This document shows positions 35,666 to 45,609 of a stretch of 64,000 bases of DNA, piece after piece (position 1 is the stretch's first letter; each line of letters opens with the position of its first letter). The notes beneath the pieces are model-generated. The model saw nothing but the letters and a program-made list of their open reading frames with translations, was not told where the DNA came from and ran no database searches. Source of the DNA: Clostridia bacterium (GTDB lineage Bacteria; Bacillota; Clostridia; Christensenellales; CAG-138); contig JAVVVD010000004.1 in NCBI GenBank assembly GCA_036652795.1, positions 46,842 to 110,841 of the forward strand. Reading direction: 5' to 3'. The position numbers and the translations under genes were made by a program.

Positions 35666-37612
35666 TTACTTGCCTATACCAAACAGCGCAAGCAGCCGTG
35701 ACCAGAATGTGGTTTCGGCTTTTTCCGCTACCACTACATCCGCCGCAGGCGCATCTATGCCCTTGGTCATCATCACAAACTGCACCGAGTTCACATTGGC
35801 GTTAGTCGGATCAACAAATGAGGTAAGTTCGCCGTCCGATGAATACTCCGCCAGTATATTGTCTATCGCTGTATCGATCTGTTCATCCATATCGCCTGTT
35901 GAATTGCGCAGCTCGCCTGTACCATCAGCCAGCTTACCCATACCGCTTTTCAAATCTTTTGAGCCCTTGTAAAGCTCGTTCACGCCATCAAGCAGTTGAT
36001 CCATACCTCCGGATGCCTGACCCACTCCGCCAACGTACTGCCCAAGTCCCGAGCGGAAATCATCAAAGCCCGTCAGCATCGATAGCAGCTGCGCCGCCTG
36101 CTTTATGGAATCCCCCGCGCTTGCCAGCACAAGCTTTGTGAGGAATGCGGTCACACCGGCGGCCGTAGGCGTACCGGCAGACTGCACCTTTGCCGCGCTA
36201 TTTAATATGCGCCCAGCGCTTGCAAAAGCCACATCCTGCGCCGCGCCGCTTCCCATCTCATTTGCCGCTATCACCGTAAACAGCGCCGCAGACTCAGCCG
36301 TAAGCGATGGGTTCTGTGCCATTATGCCCTGTATGAATTGCCCGTAAGCTTCCGCTGTGTTTATCTTCAAAGCCTGTTGTACGCTCGCCACGCTCCATGG
36401 CTCTCCGGCTGCCGTTTGCAGCATCTGACCGGCAGCGCCGGCTTTTCCCGCATCCAGCAACAGCGCCCCCGCACTGCTAAGCGCCGTATTGCAATCATCC
36501 GCTGTAGGTTTGCTTGAGGTCAGCTCACTGTTTGCAAGGTATATAAGCAGATTGAGATCTTCACCCGAAAGACCTGTGCTCGCTGCAATTCCCTGCTTTG
36601 CCTGCGCACGCATCTCGTCTGTTACGCCCGCAAGCTTACCCAGCTCAGATTGATAGTTTTTCCATGTAAGAGTTGGCACGCCGCTGCCTGCAAGCTGCGC
36701 GTTCACCATAGCCAGCACTCCGTCTGCAAGTCCCTTTGCGCCGGAGGTAAGCTTGCCGCCGTTGTTGGCAAGCTGATCCATGCCGCCCTTAAGCTCGCCC
36801 ACACCGCCTTTAAGCTCGCCTACGCCCGATGAGAATTTGCCAATCCCCTTTTCAAGTGCCTGTGCGCCATCATCAAGCTGCGCAATGCCATCCTGCAATT
36901 CGGCTATGCTGTCCGTAAATTCATCCGTGGCTATATCACCCATAGGCATGTTAAGCGGTATGCCTGCAAACTGGATTGGTGTCATGGAAAAATTCACAAC
37001 ATCTGCCGTTATGCTGTAATGCGACTCACTCTTGGGCAACGACATAATCGTTATCAGCTTGTTGCTGCCCGCAGAAGCTACGGTTGCATCAGTGGCTATT
37101 ATGTTTGAGCATTTTGCACCGTCCAGCGTAACCGTCCCCTGCAAAACAAAGCTGTCAAAAAACGTGGTGGCCGACGCGGCATTGCGTGTTATATCTATTG
37201 TTAACCCTACCTTGCCAGATGCGCCCACGAGCTGCTCTGTAGTCGCTGGTGCGCCATTTAGCGTCCAGTTCAGCACTATGAGCCACGGTAGCTGCAATCC
37301 GCCGGAAAGGTCGCCCTGGTAATAAAACCTACCCGCTTGCGCATTGGCTGTAATTGAGCTGCCATCAAGCGAAATGGCTTCCATGTTTGTAAGATTGGTG
37401 ACTTTGTCGTATGCGCCGCAGTCTGTTATTGTGCCGGGCGCACTCATATAGAATTCATTCACAACGTATGCCGCTGCTGGTGCGCCGGAATTCTCCATCT
37501 CAACATATACCACCTCATCCTTGCGCGTTGTGGCGAAGGATACCGACGCCGTACCGGCCACAATAGCGGCCACCAGTGTCAGCGCTATAATTTGCATACT
37601 GCTTTTACGCAT
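35666..37612 (-). CDS. YhgE/Pip-like heptad-repeat protein with N- and C-terminal anchors, partner of the MMPL transporter
   Basis: Signal/TM MRKSSMQIIALTLVAAIVAG. xxxLxxG heptads (LQDGIAQLDDGAQALEKGIGKFSSGVGELKGGVGELKGGMDQL; later GGMDQLLDGVNELYKGSKDLKSGMGKLADGTGEL). C-terminal TM. The ATG lies 1 nt after the MMPL stop. Confidence 0.7.
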   Translation of the reverse strand: MRKSSMQIIALTLVAAIVAGTASVSFATTRKDEVVYVEMENSGAPAAAYVVNEFYMSAPGTITDCGAYDKVTNLTNMEAISLDGSSITANAQAGRFYYQGDLSGGLQLPWLIVLNWTLNGAPATTEQLVGASGKVGLTIDITRNAASATTFFDSFVLQGTVTLDGAKCSNIIATDATVASAGSNKLITIMSLPKSESHYSITADVVNFSMTPIQFAGIPLNMPMGDIATDEFTDSIAELQDGIAQLDDGAQALEKGIGKFSSGVGELKGGVGELKGGMDQLANNGGKLTSGAKGLADGVLAMVNAQLAGSGVPTLTWKNYQSELGKLAGVTDEMRAQAKQGIAASTGLSGEDLNLLIYLANSELTSSKPTADDCNTALSSAGALLLDAGKAGAAGQMLQTAAGEPWSVASVQQALKINTAEAYGQFIQGIMAQNPSLTAESAALFTVIAANEMGSGAAQDVAFASAGRILNSAAKVQSAGTPTAAGVTAFLTKLVLASAGDSIKQAAQLLSMLTGFDDFRSGLGQYVGGVGQASGGMDQLLDGVNELYKGSKDLKSGMGKLADGTGELRNSTGDMDEQIDTAIDNILAEYSSDGELTSFVDPTNANVNSVQFVMMTKGIDAPAADVVVAEKAETTFWSRLLALFGIGK

Positions 37613-37613
37613 A

Positions 37614-39695
37614 TTAGTTACCACCTTTTGAAGTTTTTCTATGCTTGAGCTTAGGCCAGTTAAACGAGGTACGCTGCACAATCGTATCAAATATCACCAG
37701 CATAGCGGGCAGGAACAGCATCACCATTACGCCAGATATTATAGCGCCCCTGCCAAGTATCGTGCCCAATTCGCTTATCACGCGACTGCTGGACACTACG
37801 CCCAGCATAATCCCCGCACATGCCAGTATCGCTACCGGAGTAAGTATGCTGGCCGCCGTGCTACTCACCGCATTGGATACGGCGGGAAGCTTAGTCATTG
37901 TTTTTCGATTTTCCATGTACTTTTGAGCAAACAATATCCCATAGTCCACAGTAGCGCCCAACTGCACTGAGCTGATTATCTGATAACCGATATAATTTAA
38001 CGTGTTGCCCGCAAAATACGGTAATCCCAGATTTATCCATATAGCACCCTCTATCGTGAGCACAAGTATTATAGGTATGGATATGTTTTTAAACGTCAGC
38101 AGCAATATTAGGCCAATAGAGAGTATGGCAGCCCATGTAACAAGCGCGCTGTCGCTGATTATTGTGCTCTTAAGATCATAGTTTACCGCGTTCTGTCCAA
38201 GCATATGATAGCTTTCGCCATAGTATGTTTTGGCGGTATTGCGCACATCCTCAACCACCTTAAAGGCTTCCTCGCCCTCGTCTGTGGTGGTGGCATACAG
38301 TATTATACGGCTGTATCCGTTGGCGCGCAGCTGTGAAAGCTGATCCTTCGGGATAAGCTTGTCAGGTATCTGCGTACCTACAGCAGTGGCGTATGATGTC
38401 ACTGATGATATGTTTTCAACATCCATGAGCGCATGGCTTAGCTGCTCCTCGGCAACGGGATCGCCCGATGGAACCAGCAGCACCATCTGTTGATGCTGGC
38501 CAAACTGTTTGTTTATTAGATTAGCCTCCTGTTGCACATAGGAATCCTCGCTGTGCATACCGGAGGAACCATATTTAAAGTCGTTGCTGCGCTGCGCCAA
38601 ATAGCTTGGAACTATAATCAGCGCCACTACTATCGACAACGGTATAAACAGCTTGCTTACGCCGTTACCAAACCGTTTAAATGACGGCAAAAACGGCCTG
38701 TGCCGTGTTTTATCAAGCAGCTTTGATGTGGTAACTATCATCACCGGCAGCAGGAACATTACCGCAATATAGCTCAGCACTACGCCCTTGGCCAGCACTA
38801 TTCCCATGTCAGGCCCTATTTTGAAGCTCATTAGTGCAAGCACTAGGAAGCCGGCTATTGTGGTGGTGGCACTTGCCGCTATGGTGGAAGCAGCTTCGCA
38901 CATGGCCTTTTTCATTGCCTCTACAACATCCAAGCCTGTATCACGCCAGCGCTGGAAAGCATGCAAAAGGAACACCGCATAGTCCATGGATACGGCAAGC
39001 TGCAACAGCGCGGCCGTAGCCTGGGTAATAAACGATATCTCTCCCATCACTATGTTTGTGCCTTCGTTTATTAATATGGCAATGCCAATCGTAACAAGGA
39101 ATAGCAGCGGTTCAAGCCAAGATGATGTGGACAGCAGCAGTATTATAAACACAAGCGGCAGAACATAGTACATTATCTTGCCTACTTCCGCCATACCTGA
39201 ATTTTGCACCTCGGACTGATTATACGCATCGCCCGAAAGCGCGACGCCCTCGCCCACTATGCTTTTAACCTGGCCGATTACGCTTACGGCTTTTGTTGCG
39301 TCCACTGCCATCATAAACAGTGCGGCGTCATCCTTATACCATGCCTCGACAAGTGCCTTATCCTGCATTTGGATGGGTTTTTTAACATCGGCAATATCAT
39401 CCAACCACAGCACATCGCGCACGCCGTCTATTTCGCTAAGGCGCTGCTTGGTTTCCAATGCCTCAGTTAAGGAAACATCCGGCATGTACACATTGAGGTT
39501 GGGTGGCTCCTCGTCGAATATCTGATCATATGCAGTAAGTGCAACCGTAGTAGGCGCATCATCCGGAAGATAGGCCGACATATCATAGTTGATGTTTACA
39601 AGTTGCATGAGCAGGAAAGAAATTAACGTTACAGCAACGGCTATAACGATTATTATCCACCTGTGTTTTAGTATAGCGCAAGCTAATTTATTGAT
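37614..39695 (-). CDS. MMPL-family (RND superfamily) transporter, probable non-ATG start
   Basis: Two 6-TM bundles with large loops. The first ATG (39608) lies after TM1. The in-frame upstream sequence encodes INKLACAILKHRWIIIVIAVAVTLISFLL with no ATG/GTG/TTG. A GGGGGG RBS precedes in-frame ATA-ATT-ATC codons (39693-39701). Confidence 0.75.
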   Translation of the reverse strand: MNKLACAILKHRWIIIVIAVAVTLISFLLMQLVNINYDMSAYLPDDAPTTVALTAYDQIFDEEPPNLNVYMPDVSLTEALETKQRLSEIDGVRDVLWLDDIADVKKPIQMQDKALVEAWYKDDAALFMMAVDATKAVSVIGQVKSIVGEGVALSGDAYNQSEVQNSGMAEVGKIMYYVLPLVFIILLLSTSSWLEPLLFLVTIGIAILINEGTNIVMGEISFITQATAALLQLAVSMDYAVFLLHAFQRWRDTGLDVVEAMKKAMCEAASTIAASATTTIAGFLVLALMSFKIGPDMGIVLAKGVVLSYIAVMFLLPVMIVTTSKLLDKTRHRPFLPSFKRFGNGVSKLFIPLSIVVALIIVPSYLAQRSNDFKYGSSGMHSEDSYVQQEANLINKQFGQHQQMVLLVPSGDPVAEEQLSHALMDVENISSVTSYATAVGTQIPDKLIPKDQLSQLRANGYSRIILYATTTDEGEEAFKVVEDVRNTAKTYYGESYHMLGQNAVNYDLKSTIISDSALVTWAAILSIGLILLLTFKNISIPIILVLTIEGAIWINLGLPYFAGNTLNYIGYQIISSVQLGATVDYGILFAQKYMENRKTMTKLPAVSNAVSSTAASILTPVAILACAGIMLGVVSSSRVISELGTILGRGAIISGVMVMLFLPAMLVIFDTIVQRTSFNWPKLKHRKTSKGGN

Positions 39696-39891
39696 AATTA
39701 TCCCCCCGCATAAGCAAACTGAAAGGCCTAATCGGCCTATACAACTTGATTATATTGCAGTATCACACTCAATTCAACCGCCTGCGAAAGTCTTGGCATT
39801 TAATACATATTTCATTCACAATTGGGTCAACAACTGAATTGTTTACAGGTTGTTTGGCGCAATTATAAGAAAACGACAGCGAAGTGACTGA

Positions 39892-40365
39892 CTACTTTGC
39901 GCTTTCTTCCATCTCATGCTTTCCGGCTTCGCTTGTAAACATATCCTTGCGATACACAACAAAGCGGCAAAATGAAAATTCCGTAATAAGGTTAATCACC
40001 ATTGTGCCAAGCAGCACTACATACTCATTCCAGCCTATGCGTGTAAGCGCCTCGCCCCACCAAGTGGACAACGGCGTAAATACAAGATAATATCCGATCA
40101 CCTGCATCATCGCCAGTGGCACGCTCTTTGCGGATTTAAACGTGAATCTGCGGTTAACTGTAAAATTGTATATTACGGACATGGTAAGCGCGATAAGATA
40201 TGCCGGCCAATAGTTAAATCTCGCAAGCTCGTTTAGCAAGGTAAACGACACGATCTGAATCACCCCTGCCGACATTGAAAATAACACGAACTTTAGCATT
40301 TGAATCATATTTTGTTTTTTTGTAAGCATTGTCTGCTGAGGGGCTTGTGGCTGCATGTTTTCCAT
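39892..40365 (-). CDS. GtrA-family membrane protein
   Basis: Four TMs. FVLFSMSAGVIQIVSFTLL...YNFTVNRRFTFK matches the GtrA signature. Confidence 0.8.
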   Translation of the reverse strand: MENMQPQAPQQTMLTKKQNMIQMLKFVLFSMSAGVIQIVSFTLLNELARFNYWPAYLIALTMSVIYNFTVNRRFTFKSAKSVPLAMMQVIGYYLVFTPLSTWWGEALTRIGWNEYVVLLGTMVINLITEFSFCRFVVYRKDMFTSEAGKHEMEESAK

Positions 40366-40427
40366 AAAATCACACCTCTGAATATATTTTTATATGCCAA
40401 TTAAAAATGTTTTTCAGAATATAACGC

Positions 40428-41369
40428 TCAGTTTATCGCCACACGCATATCAGCACCCTCAAGTTGAATAACGGTGCAAAGTCGCGGTGCTATCAGGCGC
40501 GAAAACAGACGTTCACCATAGCGGTCCAAAATATCTGTGGGTGCAAGATTTGTGGCTATGGCTGTGGCCAGCCCTGCATTTTGTCGCTCATTTATAACAG
40601 AAAAAAGATATTCGATTGTGATATTCGGTATCACCGGTTCACTGCCAAGGTCATCTATTATAAGCAGCTCCGGCATTATACATTCTATTTCCTTTGCGCC
40701 CGCAAAAATACTCGACCGATAAGCATCTACCATATTATACGATGTCAGCTTTAATACCGAGTGCCCATTCGCAATTATTCGATCCGCCACGCAATTGAGC
40801 AAAAACGTTTTGCCAAGCCCTGTTTTACCTATCAATAGCAGGCTATGGCGCTCGTTATTCGGGAATGCGTCGGCGTATTGCTCACATATCTCCTTTGCGC
40901 GCGTCGTAAGCCTGCGCTGACGCTCGTCCTTATATATATCTGTGCGAAATGCAGAAAAGCTATCGCTGGGCTGTATATCGCCAGTGGCGTAATTGGTCCT
41001 AAGCAGCCGCTGCTTAAGGCACATGCACATGCGGCGGTGTACGGCGCCCACAAACCCCGTATCCTCACAGGCGGCACAGCTCCAGCGCGGCAAAAGGTAG
41101 TCCGCACCCACACCATATTTTTTCAGTATCTCTGTCTGCTCCATATCCAGTCGTGCTATATGCTGATGCGCCTTATCCATGGTCTCCTGCCTGTCCTGAG
41201 CGGTGCGCAGCGCGATTCCCAGCTCAAATGCCGTATCGCGCCTATCCTCAGCTATCTCGCGCAGTCTGGGCAGTGCGGCATAAGCGGCACTTGTGCGTTC
41301 ATCGCATTCGGCAATTGCCAGCGCGCGTTTGCGCGCATATTCCCGTTTTATCTCACGTGTAAGCTGCAT
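40428..41369 (-). CDS. dnaI: Helicase loader DnaI/DnaC-type AAA+ ATPase
   Basis: Walker A GKTGLGKTF, Walker B LLIIDDLG, Cys-rich N-terminal region (CAACEDTGF...CMC). Confidence 0.85.
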   Translation of the reverse strand: MQLTREIKREYARKRALAIAECDERTSAAYAALPRLREIAEDRRDTAFELGIALRTAQDRQETMDKAHQHIARLDMEQTEILKKYGVGADYLLPRWSCAACEDTGFVGAVHRRMCMCLKQRLLRTNYATGDIQPSDSFSAFRTDIYKDERQRRLTTRAKEICEQYADAFPNNERHSLLLIGKTGLGKTFLLNCVADRIIANGHSVLKLTSYNMVDAYRSSIFAGAKEIECIMPELLIIDDLGSEPVIPNITIEYLFSVINERQNAGLATAIATNLAPTDILDRYGERLFSRLIAPRLCTVIQLEGADMRVAIN

Positions 41370-42535
41370 TATTTTTCCTCATCCAACAGGTCTATTCCAA
41401 GTTTTTTTAATTCATCTGCACTGTATCCGCGCTGGGGGTATTGCAATGAACGCGGCTTTTTAGCGCCGGCAGCCTCCTTATGGGCAAATGTTTTCTTGGC
41501 TGCGGACACACTGTCTATGCCACCCACATGCCATGCTTCTATATATTTACGCAAAACAGGGAATGGCGAGGACGCGTCTTTGGCCTGTTCCGCTGCAAGC
41601 AGCATAATCTCCGTGTCCATATGCCAAATATCTTTCCATCTTATTATCTGCTCAAGCTCGCTCTCAGTGTGCTTGCGCTGTAGACCAGCGCGCGCAAAAA
41701 GCATACGCCCAAGCTCGGCTGCCGCATCGCGGCGTTTGAGATATTCATTTATTTGCGTTGTATTTGACCGGCCGCTTATCTTCCAGCTTTCCAGTATGCT
41801 GTTTAGATATTTAAAGCTTGGATCGTTTATGCCAGCCATCTGTGCGCAGGCGGACAGTATCGCCTCGTTGTCAAAGCCCCATTCCTGCCAACGCTTGTAC
41901 ATATCCAGTTCGTCCCTGGTAGGCGGTTTTTTGCTCCAGCCCTTTTTTATACTTTGGGCTGCACTATGCATCTGTTCGTATCCGGCTATATATTCCTCTG
42001 CCGCTTCCGCGCTGAGCACACCTGAATCCGCCCAATTTTTGGCCACCGCATCCATGTACGCCATGCTTACCCGCGCGCCCTTGAGCGAAACGCAATATTG
42101 CACCAGCATTATCGCAGCGGCCTCCTCCATGCCAAACACATCTATCCAATCATACATGCGCTGCAGCTCCGCACCCGATAGCATACGTGTGCCAAGCACA
42201 TTTTGCAGCGCATCCACCAGCGGCGCATTGTGCCGCAGTGTGCAGGCTGCGCCATCCTTTATCACGGCATATTCAATATATGGCGGCGTTGTGGCGGTTA
42301 CGCTTATAAGTCCCTGCGTCTGCCAATATGAAAAGGCCTTGCCAACCTCACTTTCAGGCATACTCAGGGCTGAGGCAATATCCGTATTGAGCGCCGGCGC
42401 ACAGCAGCACATAAGCCCATAGAGATATACCTTAACATATCTCTCTGGCGCGCCAGGCATATATTCCACTAAAAAGCGGTTGCTTACTGGCGTTGTAAGC
42501 AGCAGATTCTCATTCCGCTTAAAATTGAATTGCAT
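41369..42535 (-). CDS. dnaB: DnaD-domain replication initiation/membrane attachment protein (DnaB of Firmicutes)
   Basis: N-terminal winged-helix-like region (YVKVYLYGL), two DnaD-like repeats (YIAGYEQ..., WKISGRSNTTQINEYL). Stop abuts the dnaI start. Confidence 0.75.
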   Translation of the reverse strand: MQFNFKRNENLLLTTPVSNRFLVEYMPGAPERYVKVYLYGLMCCCAPALNTDIASALSMPESEVGKAFSYWQTQGLISVTATTPPYIEYAVIKDGAACTLRHNAPLVDALQNVLGTRMLSGAELQRMYDWIDVFGMEEAAAIMLVQYCVSLKGARVSMAYMDAVAKNWADSGVLSAEAAEEYIAGYEQMHSAAQSIKKGWSKKPPTRDELDMYKRWQEWGFDNEAILSACAQMAGINDPSFKYLNSILESWKISGRSNTTQINEYLKRRDAAAELGRMLFARAGLQRKHTESELEQIIRWKDIWHMDTEIMLLAAEQAKDASSPFPVLRKYIEAWHVGGIDSVSAAKKTFAHKEAAGAKKPRSLQYPQRGYSADELKKLGIDLLDEEK

Positions 42536-42665
42536 CTAATGGCTCCTATTTTTATTGTCGCTTTATTGTAATTTATATGATTATACCACACACATCGCCA
42601 TGCAAACCAACAAGATTGATTAAGCGCATTGACATATTTTTCTTGTAATATGCTATAATGTTCTC

Positions 42666-44189
42666 ATGATAAGGAATAAGCGTAAACGCAAAACAAAGCT
42701 GATTTTAACCATATTTTTGATAGTTGCAGCGCTTGCCACTGCGGCTGTGCTGCTGATATTTAATCCCTTTGATCAAACGCAGCAGGACGGCGTTGACGAC
42801 ATTCTCTCTACCCCTGCGCAGACTATCCCACCACCCTCGCCTACGCCGCCAAATATAACCCCCTCCCCCACACCTGAGCCGCAGCTATTGCGCAGCCTAT
42901 ACGAGGTGCTGCTTGATATTGATCCAACGGCCATGACGGTGCATGGACGAATGCGGATGAACTACCTATACAGTGGCGATAATCCCATTTGTACGCTGGC
43001 GCTTAATCTGTTTCCCAATGCGGTAGCGTCCGGCTGTATGCGCATTGACACCATTACGCTATCCGGTGCCGATGTTTATTATCAATTAAGCGATGATGGC
43101 GCGCAGCTTACCGTTCCGCTTGATCGTGACCTTTCCGCAGGAGATAGCGTTACGCTGTTTATCGACTACACGATAGACATTCCCAAAACGGGCAATCGCT
43201 TTGGCTATGGCGAGAACGGAATATTGCTGGGCAACGCACTGCCTATCGCCGCTATGCAGGATGATAACGGCACGTGGCGCAAAGACAAATATTCCGACAG
43301 AGGAGATTCATTCTATAGCGAAATAGCGGATTATAAGGTGGTAGTAACGCTGCCACATGGCTATACCTTGGCCTCAACCGGCAGTGTGACGGAGCAGCAG
43401 ACGCACAATGGCCTTATCCAATACTATATATTCGCCCCACAGGTACGCGAATTTGCGCTTTCAGCGCACAAGGACGCATCCGTTGCCACGCTTATGAGCG
43501 GTGATATTGAGATACTATGCGTTGCGCGCAACTCCGCCGAAGCAGAATTCGGCGCGACAACCGCCAAGTATGCGCTGGAGCTGTTTTCATCCACTATTGG
43601 CGTATATCCATATAAAAGATTATGCGTAGTGCAATTCGATAGTGGTGGCGGCATGGAATACCCCGGCTTAATAATGGTGGATAAGCAGCTATTTGATAAT
43701 GATTCGCAGCACGCCGGCAGCTTTGTTATCGCCCATGAGACTGCTCATCAGTGGTGGTATGCCGTTGTAGGCAGCGATCAGATACGCTCCCCTTGGCTTG
43801 ATGAATCCCTCACCGAATTCATGGGATTGGAGTTCTACCGTCTGCTCGGCGGGAGAGAGCTTTATCTGTCCGTATGTCAAAACGAATTCGCGCCACTTTC
43901 CGGCTATAAGCGCACAGCCAGGCTTGACCTTGCGCTGCCGTACTTTGCCGATGATGAGGAATATGCCACGGTCGTCTACCGCTATGGCGCAAAGCTTTAC
44001 AGCGATCTATTCGATAAGCTGGGTGAAAACGCGTTCTATGACGCATTGGCTACCTATTATAATGCTCACAGGTTTGGCATAGCCACGGCGCAGGATCTTA
44101 TCGGCGCTTTTTCTGATGCCTACGGCAGCGATCTTACAGAATGGTTTGAAACGCGGCTGGAGGCTCCATATCAGGTAAATACACAATAA
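42666..44189 (+). CDS. Membrane-anchored M1-family zinc metallopeptidase
   Basis: N-terminal TM, GGGMEYPG exopeptidase-like motif, HETAHQWWY...WLDESLTEF zinc site. Confidence 0.85.
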   Translation: MIRNKRKRKTKLILTIFLIVAALATAAVLLIFNPFDQTQQDGVDDILSTPAQTIPPPSPTPPNITPSPTPEPQLLRSLYEVLLDIDPTAMTVHGRMRMNYLYSGDNPICTLALNLFPNAVASGCMRIDTITLSGADVYYQLSDDGAQLTVPLDRDLSAGDSVTLFIDYTIDIPKTGNRFGYGENGILLGNALPIAAMQDDNGTWRKDKYSDRGDSFYSEIADYKVVVTLPHGYTLASTGSVTEQQTHNGLIQYYIFAPQVREFALSAHKDASVATLMSGDIEILCVARNSAEAEFGATTAKYALELFSSTIGVYPYKRLCVVQFDSGGGMEYPGLIMVDKQLFDNDSQHAGSFVIAHETAHQWWYAVVGSDQIRSPWLDESLTEFMGLEFYRLLGGRELYLSVCQNEFAPLSGYKRTARLDLALPYFADDEEYATVVYRYGAKLYSDLFDKLGENAFYDALATYYNAHRFGIATAQDLIGAFSDAYGSDLTEWFETRLEAPYQVNTQ

Positions 44190-44194
44190 ACATC

Positions 44195-44220
44195 AACGGC
44201 GGCCTCATGAGGCCGCCGTT
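44195..44220. terminator. Perfect 26-nt palindrome between convergent genes
   Basis: AACGGCGGCCTCA/TGAGGCCGCCGTT. Confidence 0.7.
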
Positions 44221-44235
44221 AAAATTATAATTAAA

Positions 44236-45426
44236 TTATCCTAGCTTCTTGCCGCACCCTGGGCAAAACTTTGCTGCCGGATCTATCTTAGCGCCGCATT
44301 CCGGACAAAATCCACCGGCTGGCGCATCGGGCTTCTTTGCGCCGCACTGTGGACAGAATTTAGCGTTTGCCGATACAGCGGCCCCGCATCCGCAGCTCCA
44401 AGTGCCCTGTGTGGCCGTTTGAGACTGCTGCATCTGTGACTGATTGCTCTGCGAGAAAGCCGCAGCAGCGCCGCCAGACGCCTGCATACCAAAGCCCATG
44501 CCCATGAATGCCGTACCTGCACCTGCCGTGTTTGATCCGGCGGCCTCAATGCCGCTGGCTATTGCGCTCTGCACATAGCCTTCGCGTATGCTCGGATCTC
44601 CCATCATTGCGCCCTGGTTGCGCATATTGATCAGCTTCTGGGATTCCTCATCATACGAGATGCTTGCGATACCAACCGATTGCACCTCCATGCCACGCAT
44701 CTGCTTCCAGTCTACGTCCAGCGTTTCGGCCATATGCTTGCTCAGCTCCGGCCCTTTGCTTGGCAGGAACGATATGCGCTGTCCATCCTCAGACATCTTG
44801 TTGATTGCCGCTTGCAGCGCTTGCAGGAATTCAGAAATATACTGCTCGTTTATATCGTTTATATCAACTGATTCCGCGCTGCGTGGAACCGCCTCCTGGT
44901 AGAACTTTAGTGGGTCGGTTATCTTTATGGAATATGAGCCGTGCGCCCTCAAAAACAGTTCTGCATTATAGAAGCAGTCAAAATAGTTTACCGCGCTATG
45001 GGTGCCAAATTTTATGCCCTTTATCTCCTGAAGGTTGATGTAGAACACAACCTGCTTTTTAGGTGTGCCTCCGCCAAATTTGATACGTTCCCACGCATCC
45101 TTCAGGCTATCTCCAAACTGGCCGTTAAACAATGATGGCGTTGATGAATCATCCACCTTGTAATAGCCCGGTTCCGCCGTATAATCCACCACCTTGCCGC
45201 CGTCCACCAGCATCATAAACTGGTTGTCGTATACATGGATCATCGAGCCGTTTGACACCAAGTTATCTGTGCCGCGCACGTTAGATGAACGTCGATCATT
45301 CTCACGGAGCTTTACGCCCTTTACAAACACCGTATTGTCACCCATCTGAGCCGGTTCTATCGCATCCAGCCAAGAATCAGCCAGCGCACCGCCCACAGCA
45401 CCTACAGCTGCTTTGATTATTCCCAT
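44236..45426 (-). CDS. SPFH-domain protein (YdjI-like) with a C-terminal triple zinc-ribbon
   Basis: MGIIKAAVGAVGGALADSWLD N-terminus as in YdjI-type proteins. C-terminus has CGCG...CPQCG, CPECG, CPGCG. Confidence 0.75.
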   Translation of the reverse strand: MGIIKAAVGAVGGALADSWLDAIEPAQMGDNTVFVKGVKLRENDRRSSNVRGTDNLVSNGSMIHVYDNQFMMLVDGGKVVDYTAEPGYYKVDDSSTPSLFNGQFGDSLKDAWERIKFGGGTPKKQVVFYINLQEIKGIKFGTHSAVNYFDCFYNAELFLRAHGSYSIKITDPLKFYQEAVPRSAESVDINDINEQYISEFLQALQAAINKMSEDGQRISFLPSKGPELSKHMAETLDVDWKQMRGMEVQSVGIASISYDEESQKLINMRNQGAMMGDPSIREGYVQSAIASGIEAAGSNTAGAGTAFMGMGFGMQASGGAAAAFSQSNQSQMQQSQTATQGTWSCGCGAAVSANAKFCPQCGAKKPDAPAGGFCPECGAKIDPAAKFCPGCGKKLG

Positions 45427-45545
45427 TGCATATACCTCCGAGCTGTTATTATTTGATATGATTATATCTATATTCCATTATAGTTTAATACACGCTACAA
45501 TAAAATACAATACCTGTAGATGCCAGCGCTATCAGTAAGTCGACC

Positions 45546-45574
45546 TTGACACTCAATCCGTGTTTTGCTATAAT
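45546..45574 (+). promoter_or_regulatory. Consensus sigma-A promoter for the tRNA-Ser pair
   Basis: TTGACA-17 nt-TATAAT, ending 35 nt before the tRNA. Confidence 0.75.
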
Positions 45575-45609
45575 GTGAGGGTTGATTCACTTGGATTGCG
45601 ATGTTTTAT

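Noticed and set aside
40845-42422. 525-aa ORF on the plus strand spanning the dnaI and dnaB-like genes
   Set aside because: It is antisense to two genes with clear motifs (Walker A/B, DnaD repeats). Its translation is low-complexity and Ser/Ala/Cys/Leu-rich with no recognisable motif or RBS. This is a typical shadow ORF.
40428-42535. DnaD-domain plus DnaC-like pair as a prophage replication module
   Set aside because: There are no flanking phage genes (integrase, repressor, terminase, structural genes). The composition matches the backbone, and the arrangement equals the chromosomal dnaB-dnaI pair of Firmicutes.
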